A stretch of 63,988 nucleotides of DNA, filler included, from an uncultured bacterium (GTDB taxonomy: Bacteria; CAYSBA01), in the NCBI GenBank assembly GCA_964429075.1. It is 6 parts of 6 records of this genome, joined end to end, with 100 filler letters (N's around TTAATTAATTAA, not from the genome) between each part and the next. Parts side by side here need not be neighbours in the genome. Positions count along the whole stretch, not along the records: positions 1 to 12,504 come from CAYSBA010000008.1; positions 12,605 to 24,730 come from CAYSBA010000009.1; 4 more parts are not named here. The stretch is one strand, 5' to 3'. The notes beneath the pieces were generated by a model that was given only the letters and a program-made list of their open reading frames with translations, searched no databases and was not told the origin of the DNA. Positions 9,534 through 18,547 of the stretch are shown in pieces; the stretch's first letter is position 1; each line of letters begins with the position of its first letter. A program made the position numbers and the translations under genes.

Positions 9534-10459
9534 CCTAGTATTATGGTCTTTAAGAGTGCCATTCTGATGAAAAGTCCATTCTGTGCTTGTCTGAAGTAGG
9601 CAGCCCTTGGGTCTGAATCAATCTCAGTAGAGATCTCATCAAGTCTTGGTAGTGGATGCATTACTATTGCATCCTTATTCATGATCTCCATGATCTTTTT
9701 GTCAATTATATATATACCCTTTGCCTTGTAGTAATCTTCTATTCTATCTCCAAATCTCTCTTTCTGAATGCGTGTCTGATAGACAACGTTGCAGTCACGA
9801 ACAGCCTCAGCGAGATCATCTATTTCTTCATAGGGGATATTATGTTCGTCTAAATAGTCTTTGATATCCTGTTTCATTCTTACCACATCAGGTGAAACAA
9901 AACGTATTTTAATATCCCTAAACTTTGCAAGTAGATAACATAGTGATCTTACGGTCCTTCCATTTGCCAGATCCCCTACCATTGTAACTGTCATCCCATC
10001 TATCTGACCGAGCTCTTTTTGAATTGTATAAAGGTCTAACAGGGCCTGTGTAGGATGCTGCCCGGGTCCATCTCCTGCGTTTATGATTGGTACATCTGAT
10101 ACAAGGGCTGCCCTTTTTGCAGAGCCACTCTCATAGTGTCTCATTACAATAACATCAGGAAGATAGCTGTTGAGGACTCTTATGGTATCTTCTATGGTCT
10201 CACCTTTTGCTGCAGAGGAGAAATCCCTGGCATTCTCAGTAGATATGACAGCTCCACCAAGGTGATACATTGCCATCTCGAAGGAAATTCTTGTTCTTGT
10301 ACTTGGTTCATAGAAAAGGGAGATCATCTTTTTGCCCTTTAGTATATCTGAGCCGCCATTTCTTGCTATCTCCTCCATAGAAGAGGCTGTCTCAAAGAGG
10401 AATTCAAGGATTTCCCGATCGAACTGTTGTGCCTCTATAATGTGGTGCAGTCTTTTCAT
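9530..10459 (-). CDS. pyrB: Aspartate carbamoyltransferase catalytic subunit
   Basis: FYEPSTRTR, HPTQALLD, TRIQKER, MHPLPR; AGGAGG RBS upstream. Confidence 0.97.
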   Translation of the reverse strand: MKRLHHIIEAQQFDREILEFLFETASSMEEIARNGGSDILKGKKMISLFYEPSTRTRISFEMAMYHLGGAVISTENARDFSSAAKGETIEDTIRVLNSYLPDVIVMRHYESGSAKRAALVSDVPIINAGDGPGQHPTQALLDLYTIQKELGQIDGMTVTMVGDLANGRTVRSLCYLLAKFRDIKIRFVSPDVVRMKQDIKDYLDEHNIPYEEIDDLAEAVRDCNVVYQTRIQKERFGDRIEDYYKAKGIYIIDKKIMEIMNKDAIVMHPLPRLDEISTEIDSDPRAAYFRQAQNGLFIRMALLKTIILG

Positions 10460-10477
10460 AGATCCCTCCTGATATTA

Positions 10478-11728
10478 TTATTGTGAACTACATATCCAAC
10501 CAGAGGGGCAGGATAGGGAGCTGTTACACAATATATCGCAGAATTTAGTTCCACCACCAAGATCCACGCATTGACCACCAAGCGAGCAGTATCCGCTATT
10601 TGAGCAATCTTCAAAACAGAAGCCCTGAGACTGATTGCTACCAAAGGCAATACATATCTGACCATTTGGGCAATAGTTTAAGGAATCACAGCTTGAGCTG
10701 TAGCAGTAACCATTCTGGCCGGAACTACCGGTCCAGCTATTGGGAAGACAAATGTTACCTCTGTATGAATTGTTGTTTGTATCTGGCGGGATGCAACTAA
10801 ATGAACTGGAGGGACAATCTGTGTCGTGTGAACAGTTTTTATAACAAAAGGATGGTCTTTGTCCATTCTGTGAGACAACGACTGTGTCACATTTTTCATC
10901 CTGGTTACAGTCTGAATCTGAGTTACATGCAACTGTACAAAGACCACTTATTGCGCTTTCTGGCTTAATGCATATTTTCCCCTGTTCACAATCTGAGTCA
11001 ACAGTGCAGAGAGTAACACCGTTTGGAATAGTCTGTTCTACGCAGGAACCATCCTGACAGATCTGTCCATTCTGGCAATCTGAATCATTTGTGCATCCTG
11101 ATTGATCCGGGATGCATTCATTTGATTGAAGATCACAATGATAACCACTCTGACAGTCGCTATTGCTATTACATCCTGTTTGCATAGACTGACATATTCC
11201 ATTCTGGAGGTCACATATATATCCCTCAGGGCAATCAGAATCGCTGTTACAGACGGTATCTTTTTCTTTGCAGATATGATCGGATGGATCACAGTACTGA
11301 TTCTGATTGCAATCTTGATCACTGAAACACTGGTTACTCGATTCACACTCTCCTGTCTGGAAGTTACAGAATTCGCCATTAGGGCAGTCTGCGTCGGATG
11401 AACAGCCGTTTGTTGTTACCTCGCAACGCTGAAACATTACATTGCAGAAAGATCCACTGGGACAGTCCTGATCAGTATTACAGCGAACGCCGGGTGAACA
11501 ATAGCCTCCAACACAGACATTCCCAGCAGGGCACTCTTCATTGTAGGTGCAATAATTTTTATTATTATTGTTGTTCTTAGAAACGCATCTCGAATCTATA
11601 CAGATTTCACCATCCGGACAATCCTGATCTACCTTACAGCTGTTGCCACCGGTGCTGCATTTAGAAAAAGATGATTGAATCAATAAAGATAATATTAATA
11701 TTTTCAAAATGTTATAGTAACGGGACAT
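10478..11728 (-). CDS. Secreted or lipid-anchored cysteine-rich repeat protein (~11 C-x2-[DN]-x-[DE]-C-x2-G-x2-C-type repeats)
   Basis: Hydrophobic signal-like N-terminus from ATG 11728 (MSRYYNILKILILSLLIQSSFSKC); tandem repeats such as CKVDQDCPDGEIC, CNTDQDCPSGSFC, CSSDADCPNGEFC, CNSDSDCPEGYIC. Confidence 0.85.
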   Translation of the reverse strand: MSRYYNILKILILSLLIQSSFSKCSTGGNSCKVDQDCPDGEICIDSRCVSKNNNNNKNYCTYNEECPAGNVCVGGYCSPGVRCNTDQDCPSGSFCNVMFQRCEVTTNGCSSDADCPNGEFCNFQTGECESSNQCFSDQDCNQNQYCDPSDHICKEKDTVCNSDSDCPEGYICDLQNGICQSMQTGCNSNSDCQSGYHCDLQSNECIPDQSGCTNDSDCQNGQICQDGSCVEQTIPNGVTLCTVDSDCEQGKICIKPESAISGLCTVACNSDSDCNQDEKCDTVVVSQNGQRPSFCYKNCSHDTDCPSSSFSCIPPDTNNNSYRGNICLPNSWTGSSGQNGYCYSSSCDSLNYCPNGQICIAFGSNQSQGFCFEDCSNSGYCSLGGQCVDLGGGTKFCDILCNSSLSCPSGWICSSQ

Positions 11729-11737
11729 GGCATATAA

Positions 11738-11764
11738 ATTATAGTGAAAAGCATTTGTTGTCAA
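11738..11764 (-). promoter_or_regulatory. Putative sigma70 promoter of the Cys-rich protein/pyrB/kdsB unit
   Basis: TTGACA (11764-11759), 15-bp spacer, TATAAT (11743-11738), about 10 nt before ATG 11728. The spacer is short of optimal. Confidence 0.5.
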
Positions 11765-11771
11765 ATTAAGT

Positions 11772-11895
11772 CTTAAACGGATAAGGACATGGGGAACGGG
11801 TAAGGAAGGGGAAGAGTATAGAGGGAAGTGGAAAATCCTGTGGTTATAGCGGGGTGAATGAGAATAACACATGGGTTAGGAGGAAAAAGAAAGAG
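11772..11895. repeat. Dispersed ~120-bp purine-rich non-coding element, copy 1
   Basis: Shares GGACATGGGGAACG (11785-11798), TATAGCGGG (11845-11853) and TGAGAATAWCACATGG (11859-11874) with 59565-59690. Confidence 0.75.
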
Positions 11896-12504
11896 ATAAG
11901 CGTACCTGAAAATAGGTACATAACCTTTAGGGTGATATAATTTTTTTTATCCTTATTTTGCGAACTAATTTTTATATTAGTGATATTAGCTTCAATTAGG
12001 GATTAAATTTAATTGTTCTCTGAGTTTTTATACCTTGATTGTACTTTTTTATTGCAGGAGGTTAACACAAGGATAAGATTTATCTTCTTAAAACTGAACA
12101 TAGAATTGTTGCATATTCCTAAAAGGAGTCCATACCTATCCTATGGATTCTGGCTCTGCCTTACTCCGCCTATTTGACACTATACCTGTTACTCATCTAC
12201 GTACCCAGTACAAGATTATTCTGGACTTTTTTAAAATCTCAATTCTTAAAATCTTTTTTCGGTAGTCTTGAAGCAATTTAGCTTAAAGTTTGATCTTTTC
12301 ACTTTTAACAAATTATCATTGATTAAAGATATCCTAAACCTTAACTTATCAAGGTTTTAGTGAATAAGTTAAGTTCAAGCAGGGTGGTAAATTTTACAAA
12401 CTTTTTGCAAGATTCGCTAAACATTTTCACGCCATCAAAATTTTCCATATGGTATACTTTTGATAGTTAAAACAACATCTCTATAACAAAAAAACTCTCA
12501 CAAG

Positions 12505-12604
12505 NNNNNNNNNNNNNNNNNNNNNNNNNNNNNNNNNNNNNNNNNNNNTTAATTAATTAANNNNNNNNNNNNNNNNNNNNNNNNNNNNNNNNNNNNNNNN
12601 NNNN
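12505..12604. other. Artificial contig-joining linker
   Basis: N44-TTAATTAATTAA-N44, with stops in all frames. Confidence 0.98.
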
Positions 12605-12620
12605 GGATATATCCCGGGCC
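12605..12620 (-). terminator. Possible intrinsic terminator hairpin cut by the contig edge
   Basis: GGATATATCCCGGGCC: palindromic centre plus one GC-rich arm just after the stop of the 12637 gene. The other arm would lie beyond the contig end. Confidence 0.3.
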
Positions 12621-12636
12621 TGTTATTTTATATTCT

Positions 12637-14643
12637 TTATTTTACACATAGATTTACAGTATGTCCCTGATTATCTACCGGGACTGGTGTACAGTTGTAA
12701 CCATCAAGGCAATCACTGCTGTCTGAACATATCTCTGAACAGTACCCAATTATTCCTGAACTCAGACAGAGTGCATTATAGCAGGAGTCAAGATTATTAG
12801 GATTGCAGGTCTCACCAACAGCAGCACCATTTTCGTAGTTAGTTCCACATATTGTGATCGGATTTGCATTTTCATCTATAAAAATCTGGCATGACTCTCC
12901 GTTTTGACAATCTTCATCTTTTGTACAGGCTGTACCAGAACCACTCCAGGGATAGCAAATTCTTGCTGCTGCCTTTGGATCATCGCTTGTATCACAGGGT
13001 GTACCGTTGTCAGATATTGAAAAATTTATCTTTGCACACAACATTCCAGTTGGACAATCATCTGTGGTCTTACACATGCTTGAACATACTCCCCAGCGGT
13101 TGGGCTGACAGGGATTATCCACGCAGTTACCATTTGTGGGATCGCATATCTTTCCAGCATCACAGGTTACACCTACACATTTATCCTGCAGGCTACATGT
13201 ATTGTCTGAGCCACAAAGCATCTCATTTCCACACCAATATCTCTCCCCAGATTGCTGTACGGGAAGCTCACATGTGTCTTTTGTTCCAAAGCACATCCAG
13301 CTGATCTTACATAGATTTGAAGGATCCTCCTGTGTGATGTCAGCATCGTAATTACACTGCTGACCGTAATCAATTTGTCCATCAGGTTCAGAACAGATTC
13401 CTTTAAGCTCGCCGTCTGTGGCGCTCAATGTGATTTGGCAGACCTGTCCGGCATCGCAATCAGCATCTCTTTCACAGCTTTTACCTTCTACACAGATCCC
13501 CACAAGACCCAACTTATCATCTGAGTCATCACAAGGCGTACCACCATCATCAAGTAACATATAGGTGCCAACACAAGTAAATCCATCTTTACAATCTGCA
13601 TTGCTCCTACAAACAGAAGAACAGACGCCCTGTCTTGTTACACCTGCACACTGATCCTGCTGACACTGTCCGTTTTCATCACAAATTTCATTTTCACCGC
13701 ATGTAACATCATTACAAGGATTATTTACAGTACATGTCTTCTCGTAGGGATCACATACTAGCTTATTATCATTATCACATGTTGATGGGGTTTTAAAATC
13801 GTTTGTGCATGTATCTTTTGTACCAATACAGAGATACTTATCAGGACAAAGCTCAGAGGGATCAGCATTTCTTATATCCACATCAACATCGCACTGTCCC
13901 CACCTCTGGATCTGGCCACCTGGTGCTCCACAATAATAGTAAATATCAAAAAGTCCAGCAAGCTTACATACCTGACCCTCCGGACAATCGGAATCGTTTG
14001 TACATGTACTCTTTGGGTTACATATATTTTTCCCATCTATATTGTCACAGCTGTAACCTTCTCTGCAATCAGCATCGGTCTTACAGGTCTTCATACATCT
14101 ACAATATTGTCCATACAAGCTCACCTCTGTGGAACCCTCTGGACATGCCTGTAAGCTGCAGTCGGCAGTACAGTAGCCACCAGGAAGTCCCTGATCCTCA
14201 GTAAAACAACTCTTGTTAGGACCAGCAGCCCTGCAATCATCATCAGAACTGCATGATGCACCGATTGCACCATCCTCTACAGGACATACATTATCAGGGC
14301 ATTCGCACTTACCATTATCTGGATTACATACCCTTCCTTCTGGACAATCTACAAGATCACACTTTCCAACACATTTGTTATTCTGTTCATCACATACCTG
14401 TGCATCTGTACATTGATATTCACACTTTCCATTCTCTTCATTACATTTCTCGCATGGATCACACTTAACGTTTGCACACTTAGATGTTGTTTGCCCTTCG
14501 CACTTACCGGTATCTGCATTACAGGTCTGACCAGAAGGACATTTTACATCTTTACACTTATCCTCCTTTTTACTGCCACAACCTGTGGTCAGAATTATAC
14601 CTGAAATCAAAATAAATACAAAAAATAGATCTTTTAACTTCAT
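12637..14643 (-). CDS. Cysteine-rich repeat lipoprotein with an internal ~170-aa duplication
   Basis: GGAGG RBS before ATG 14643; signal with lipobox-like IILTTGC; many CxxDxDC motifs; duplicated GQI..C...DPS.LC...C.GTKDTC...GVCSS.C...GTPCD.SDD blocks. Confidence 0.88.
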   Translation of the reverse strand: MKLKDLFFVFILISGIILTTGCGSKKEDKCKDVKCPSGQTCNADTGKCEGQTTSKCANVKCDPCEKCNEENGKCEYQCTDAQVCDEQNNKCVGKCDLVDCPEGRVCNPDNGKCECPDNVCPVEDGAIGASCSSDDDCRAAGPNKSCFTEDQGLPGGYCTADCSLQACPEGSTEVSLYGQYCRCMKTCKTDADCREGYSCDNIDGKNICNPKSTCTNDSDCPEGQVCKLAGLFDIYYYCGAPGGQIQRWGQCDVDVDIRNADPSELCPDKYLCIGTKDTCTNDFKTPSTCDNDNKLVCDPYEKTCTVNNPCNDVTCGENEICDENGQCQQDQCAGVTRQGVCSSVCRSNADCKDGFTCVGTYMLLDDGGTPCDDSDDKLGLVGICVEGKSCERDADCDAGQVCQITLSATDGELKGICSEPDGQIDYGQQCNYDADITQEDPSNLCKISWMCFGTKDTCELPVQQSGERYWCGNEMLCGSDNTCSLQDKCVGVTCDAGKICDPTNGNCVDNPCQPNRWGVCSSMCKTTDDCPTGMLCAKINFSISDNGTPCDTSDDPKAAARICYPWSGSGTACTKDEDCQNGESCQIFIDENANPITICGTNYENGAAVGETCNPNNLDSCYNALCLSSGIIGYCSEICSDSSDCLDGYNCTPVPVDNQGHTVNLCVK

Positions 14644-14667
14644 CTTTGGCCTCCACAATCTTTTAAT

Positions 14668-17600
14668 TTATGGTGATACATAGGCATAAGTCAGGATGCC
14701 CATATCTCTTAACATATCATACATAATGTTCATAAAAGATTCTCTGCTATCTATCCTGTAACTACAATAATCACCCTCCTGACCATTCAGACACCTCTGA
14801 GCATACTCCTTGGCCTCTTTGACAACATTATAAGCTATGCTATCACCGGTGCTGTCCTGAACTCCTACATATATTTTACTTCTAAAGGGTGATTTATAGA
14901 TTACAAGATCACCCTGGCTTTCAAGGGTATCTATTGCATCGTTCAGTTTATCAGAAGATCCAAACACATAAAGCTGGAGAGAATCGTTAAAGGTGGTATC
15001 AAACCATATGGAATTATATCCTGCGCCGTAGAGAAGTGCATATATCTTGTAAAATATTGAATTTGGTGGTTCCATCATCTGTCTACCTGCATAGCGTTGT
15101 TCGACAGGGGTATCCCATTTGCCCGTACCTTTTAGGTTGAACATACCCGTAATATCCATACCACCAGCAATCTTGCTTAAGAAATCACCTTCCCAGTAGT
15201 CTTTGTATTCAATCTTGTCTACATGAGGTATTCCATCAGAATCATAGGTAACATCTACAAGTGGCGCAAGGTAGGTTGAGCCGTTTTCAATAAGTGCTTT
15301 AAACAATTTTGTCACTTCATTCGGGAAGGCATCATAATAATTTAGTGGATATATTACATTATTTGCGAAGGGAAAATACCACTCTCTTGCTGTTAGGGCA
15401 TCCATTGCAAGTACCTTGTCATAATATGTTCCAACACGGGCAATACGATAGATCTGGCCATAGTAGCCCTGTTCAAATACCGTCCAATAGTACTTACCGA
15501 AACCGAGGGGGACCTGAAGTAGTTGAGAGGGATCAGTAGTATTACAATCATTTCTCTGTTCATTTATATTTGTATCTTCGGTGTAATAGCTGCAGAGTTC
15601 CCAGGTGTTGTTGTAGGCGTTGTATTTGTATGTACCAATTGAGGGTTCGGAGAGGACCTTTGCAAAAAAGTTAAGCCCTGTAATGGATGCAGCAAACATA
15701 TCTGCAAATTCATCTGTATCAACAAAGTCTTCTTTATAGATTATATTATACATAAGGGCCTGTAGCTGTATCTTTATTCTGTAGTATGTATCAAGAAGCC
15801 TGTTGATATAGTAATATGGGAATGTTGCCCTATATCTTCTAAAGTTATTAAAGATATAACGCCTTTCATACTGTTCAATCGTATTTTCTACAATCTCTAA
15901 GGAACTCCTTCCTTCATCCCATACATTACAGAAAGGCTGATCATAAACACGCTCATCAGAACAGAACTTATAGTGTGGCCACTTTATACCCTTGGCCTGC
16001 ATATCATCTTCCCAGTTTGAACATAGACCTTTGCCATTGTCCTGGATCTGGCATGTCTGCCCGAATTGATAGCCAGGACAATCCTGATCTGTCTCACAAA
16101 AGCTACCACCTGGATAATAGAAGACATAATCTCTGTTTGATTTGGACTCGTTTGGTTCTCCGTTGTATATGTCCATAAGCATTCCATAACCAAAGCGAAT
16201 TGCGGCATGGTCATACTTACCAAGGCCCATTACTTCGTTGTAGAATTCTCCATCATAGTCCATTACAGAGGAATACTTGTAAAAATCGATGCCTGCAAGC
16301 TCCTGCTCCCTTTTGCGTTCTTTTCGCTGTTGTAAATACTGTTGCCAATCATCACCTGTATAATCACCTGTAGGAGGTTCAATATATGGTAGTGCCTTTT
16401 GGTCTGGATTTATTCCTGTATTGTTTGTACCATTTAATATATCCCAGTATTCATCTCTGTAGTTCTCTTCATCAAATGAGGCAATAAAGTTATGTCTGAG
16501 ACCCAGTGTATGACCAACCTCATGAGAAAGTACACCCTTGAAGATCTTCTTTATAATCCAATCGGCCACCTCCTTTTTATGAGTTGTATCTGAGTGATCG
16601 ATACCGAGCTCCTCTTCTGCAGTGTAGATCAATTTTTCAATTGCAAAATCATAGTAGCTATCAAGCCTCAAGATGGTATTATAACGATCTTTTTGCCTCA
16701 TCTCTGCCCACTCATTCATAAAGGTGCGGCCTCTCATTGGTGAGATAAGGTCTTTAATATCACCAGGGTAGTTAACACCAAGACTGAATCCATGGGCAAA
16801 CAAAAGCTCATCCTGAGACAAAAGTAGATCTTCGTATGATGAACCCTTCAATGCATCAAGTCGACTCCTTAATGAAGATGCTGGCATCCTGTTAAACTCA
16901 TCAAGTAGATTGAATTTCTGTCTGATTCTTCCTGCAAACTTCTTTGCAGCATCTTTATCAAGGTTTAATTTCAAAAATTCCTGAGGCAGTCTTTCGGGAA
17001 ATACGTTTTTACCCATATTCTGCATATACTCCCTGACAGACTCACCCATCGCAAAATTCATATCTGAGATATTGTCCTTTATCAGGTCGTATATATCGTA
17101 TAGATAACCCCTGTAGGTCTCAAGAGCACCACCATAGATGTTTGCGACAGCATGAACAATCTCACCTGTTTCTATATCTGCAGATGATGGTCCATAACCG
17201 AGTGGCATTCCAATTGATGGAGTAAAAACATAGTTTATCATGGGATAACGAAGATCGCCAAGCCTCTGATATTCAAAACGATTTTCATTGTCGTTCTGTC
17301 TTGTTGCACCTGCAAGATCTCTGCAGAGCTTCAAAAGATCTTCATCGGTCAAATCTTCTATATTATTACCATTCAGTAAATACTGATAATCTTCGTGTTT
17401 TGAAAGCCACTCTTTTACATTAGATTTACTGCAATTGTTATCTTTAAGTACAAAGACACGCTCAGCCTGTCCCTTTAACTTTACAAGCATCTCCTCAAAG
17501 GCAGCATCCCACCAGTCTACAACCTCCTGTGCCTCGGCCTTATAGCGCTCTGGAAATGCAGGTGATAGATAATATACTATCTGTTTTATCTTACAATCTT

Positions 17601-18534
17601 CATAAGGATGCTCTTTTGAAAAATCGCGGCACTCTGTTACATCATCAGCCCATATATTCCAGCGATCGATCCAGTAATCAAGAAAATCTGTTCTACCCCT
17701 GTAACGGTTCCAAGTATTCCTCTCCTGTCTGAAATATCCAAACTTCTCAAAAAGATTGTCTGGGTAATACATGGGTTCATAGGTGCTTTTTTCTCTAATC
17801 TTAAGAAAGGAATGTCTTATAGCAACCTGTGCTGGTGCAAGTTCCTGACCTATCGCCTGATAACATAGAGAACCCGGTATCCCCTCACATTCAACAAGAT
17901 CGGGGGTAATGGTCACCTTTGTGACTACATCGAAATATACCAGTTCTCCATTATCATACACAAAATTTGGTGCCTGATAATCATCGGGATTCTGCTCGTA
18001 GAATGTAACAGGGTTTGTTGTCAGTTTATAGCCATAATCAAAGGAATCATAAAGGTTCTCTGAAAAATCTACCCTCATGTATTCCCTCTGCCACCATAGT
18101 CTGTCTCTTGTATTTTCTGTCTCCACATTGTACTCTTCGCCGGTCACAGCATTATAATCCCTCTGGAGGTCAAAATGGGATTCAATCTTAAATGCAACAA
18201 CAGGTTCTCCCAGAAAATCCTTATCGTTCTGCTCTCTTGGATACTCGGTGCCTTTTGTCCTTGTGTAAGTTTCGTATCCTATCAGTCTGTCTTTTTCAAT
18301 CACCCACTTTATTTTATAGATATAAGGGAAGCTACCCTGAAGACCTTCGAATGCCCAGAATGCTTCATATGGTGCATCAACAACCGTCTGCTGATAGTAC
18401 CACGTTCCATTAAACTGGCTCTTTTTTAGCGGGTATTCCTGGATATAGTTTCTCTCACCACGCTTCTGTGCACAGAAGGTGATTGAAAACAGGATCAGAA
18501 AAATTCCAAAAAGTTTCATATACTTTCTTTTCAT
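14668..18534 (-). CDS. Large secreted zinc metalloprotease (metzincin), paralog B
   Basis: HEVGHTLGLRHNF (~16524-16486), Met-turn SSVMDY, PLGYGPSSADIETGEIV; N-terminal signal ending in ITFC; GGAGG RBS. Confidence 0.9.
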   Translation of the reverse strand: MKRKYMKLFGIFLILFSITFCAQKRGERNYIQEYPLKKSQFNGTWYYQQTVVDAPYEAFWAFEGLQGSFPYIYKIKWVIEKDRLIGYETYTRTKGTEYPREQNDKDFLGEPVVAFKIESHFDLQRDYNAVTGEEYNVETENTRDRLWWQREYMRVDFSENLYDSFDYGYKLTTNPVTFYEQNPDDYQAPNFVYDNGELVYFDVVTKVTITPDLVECEGIPGSLCYQAIGQELAPAQVAIRHSFLKIREKSTYEPMYYPDNLFEKFGYFRQERNTWNRYRGRTDFLDYWIDRWNIWADDVTECRDFSKEHPYEDCKIKQIVYYLSPAFPERYKAEAQEVVDWWDAAFEEMLVKLKGQAERVFVLKDNNCSKSNVKEWLSKHEDYQYLLNGNNIEDLTDEDLLKLCRDLAGATRQNDNENRFEYQRLGDLRYPMINYVFTPSIGMPLGYGPSSADIETGEIVHAVANIYGGALETYRGYLYDIYDLIKDNISDMNFAMGESVREYMQNMGKNVFPERLPQEFLKLNLDKDAAKKFAGRIRQKFNLLDEFNRMPASSLRSRLDALKGSSYEDLLLSQDELLFAHGFSLGVNYPGDIKDLISPMRGRTFMNEWAEMRQKDRYNTILRLDSYYDFAIEKLIYTAEEELGIDHSDTTHKKEVADWIIKKIFKGVLSHEVGHTLGLRHNFIASFDEENYRDEYWDILNGTNNTGINPDQKALPYIEPPTGDYTGDDWQQYLQQRKERKREQELAGIDFYKYSSVMDYDGEFYNEVMGLGKYDHAAIRFGYGMLMDIYNGEPNESKSNRDYVFYYPGGSFCETDQDCPGYQFGQTCQIQDNGKGLCSNWEDDMQAKGIKWPHYKFCSDERVYDQPFCNVWDEGRSSLEIVENTIEQYERRYIFNNFRRYRATFPYYYINRLLDTYYRIKIQLQALMYNIIYKEDFVDTDEFADMFAASITGLNFFAKVLSEPSIGTYKYNAYNNTWELCSYYTEDTNINEQRNDCNTTDPSQLLQVPLGFGKYYWTVFEQGYYGQIYRIARVGTYYDKVLAMDALTAREWYFPFANNVIYPLNYYDAFPNEVTKLFKALIENGSTYLAPLVDVTYDSDGIPHVDKIEYKDYWEGDFLSKIAGGMDITGMFNLKGTGKWDTPVEQRYAGRQMMEPPNSIFYKIYALLYGAGYNSIWFDTTFNDSLQLYVFGSSDKLNDAIDTLESQGDLVIYKSPFRSKIYVGVQDSTGDSIAYNVVKEAKEYAQRCLNGQEGDYCSYRIDSRESFMNIMYDMLRDMGILTYAYVSP

Positions 18535-18547
18535 TTTAACCTCCTAA

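Noticed and set aside
11729-11872. 48-aa N-terminal extension of the 464-aa ORF, and the 63-aa ORF at 59552-59743
   Set aside because: Both are read-throughs of the non-coding dispersed element and promoter. The signal-like peptide starts at ATG 11728.
10478-14643. Apparent clustering of the two Cys-rich repeat genes into one locus
   Set aside because: They are separated by a contig linker, so physical adjacency is not supported.
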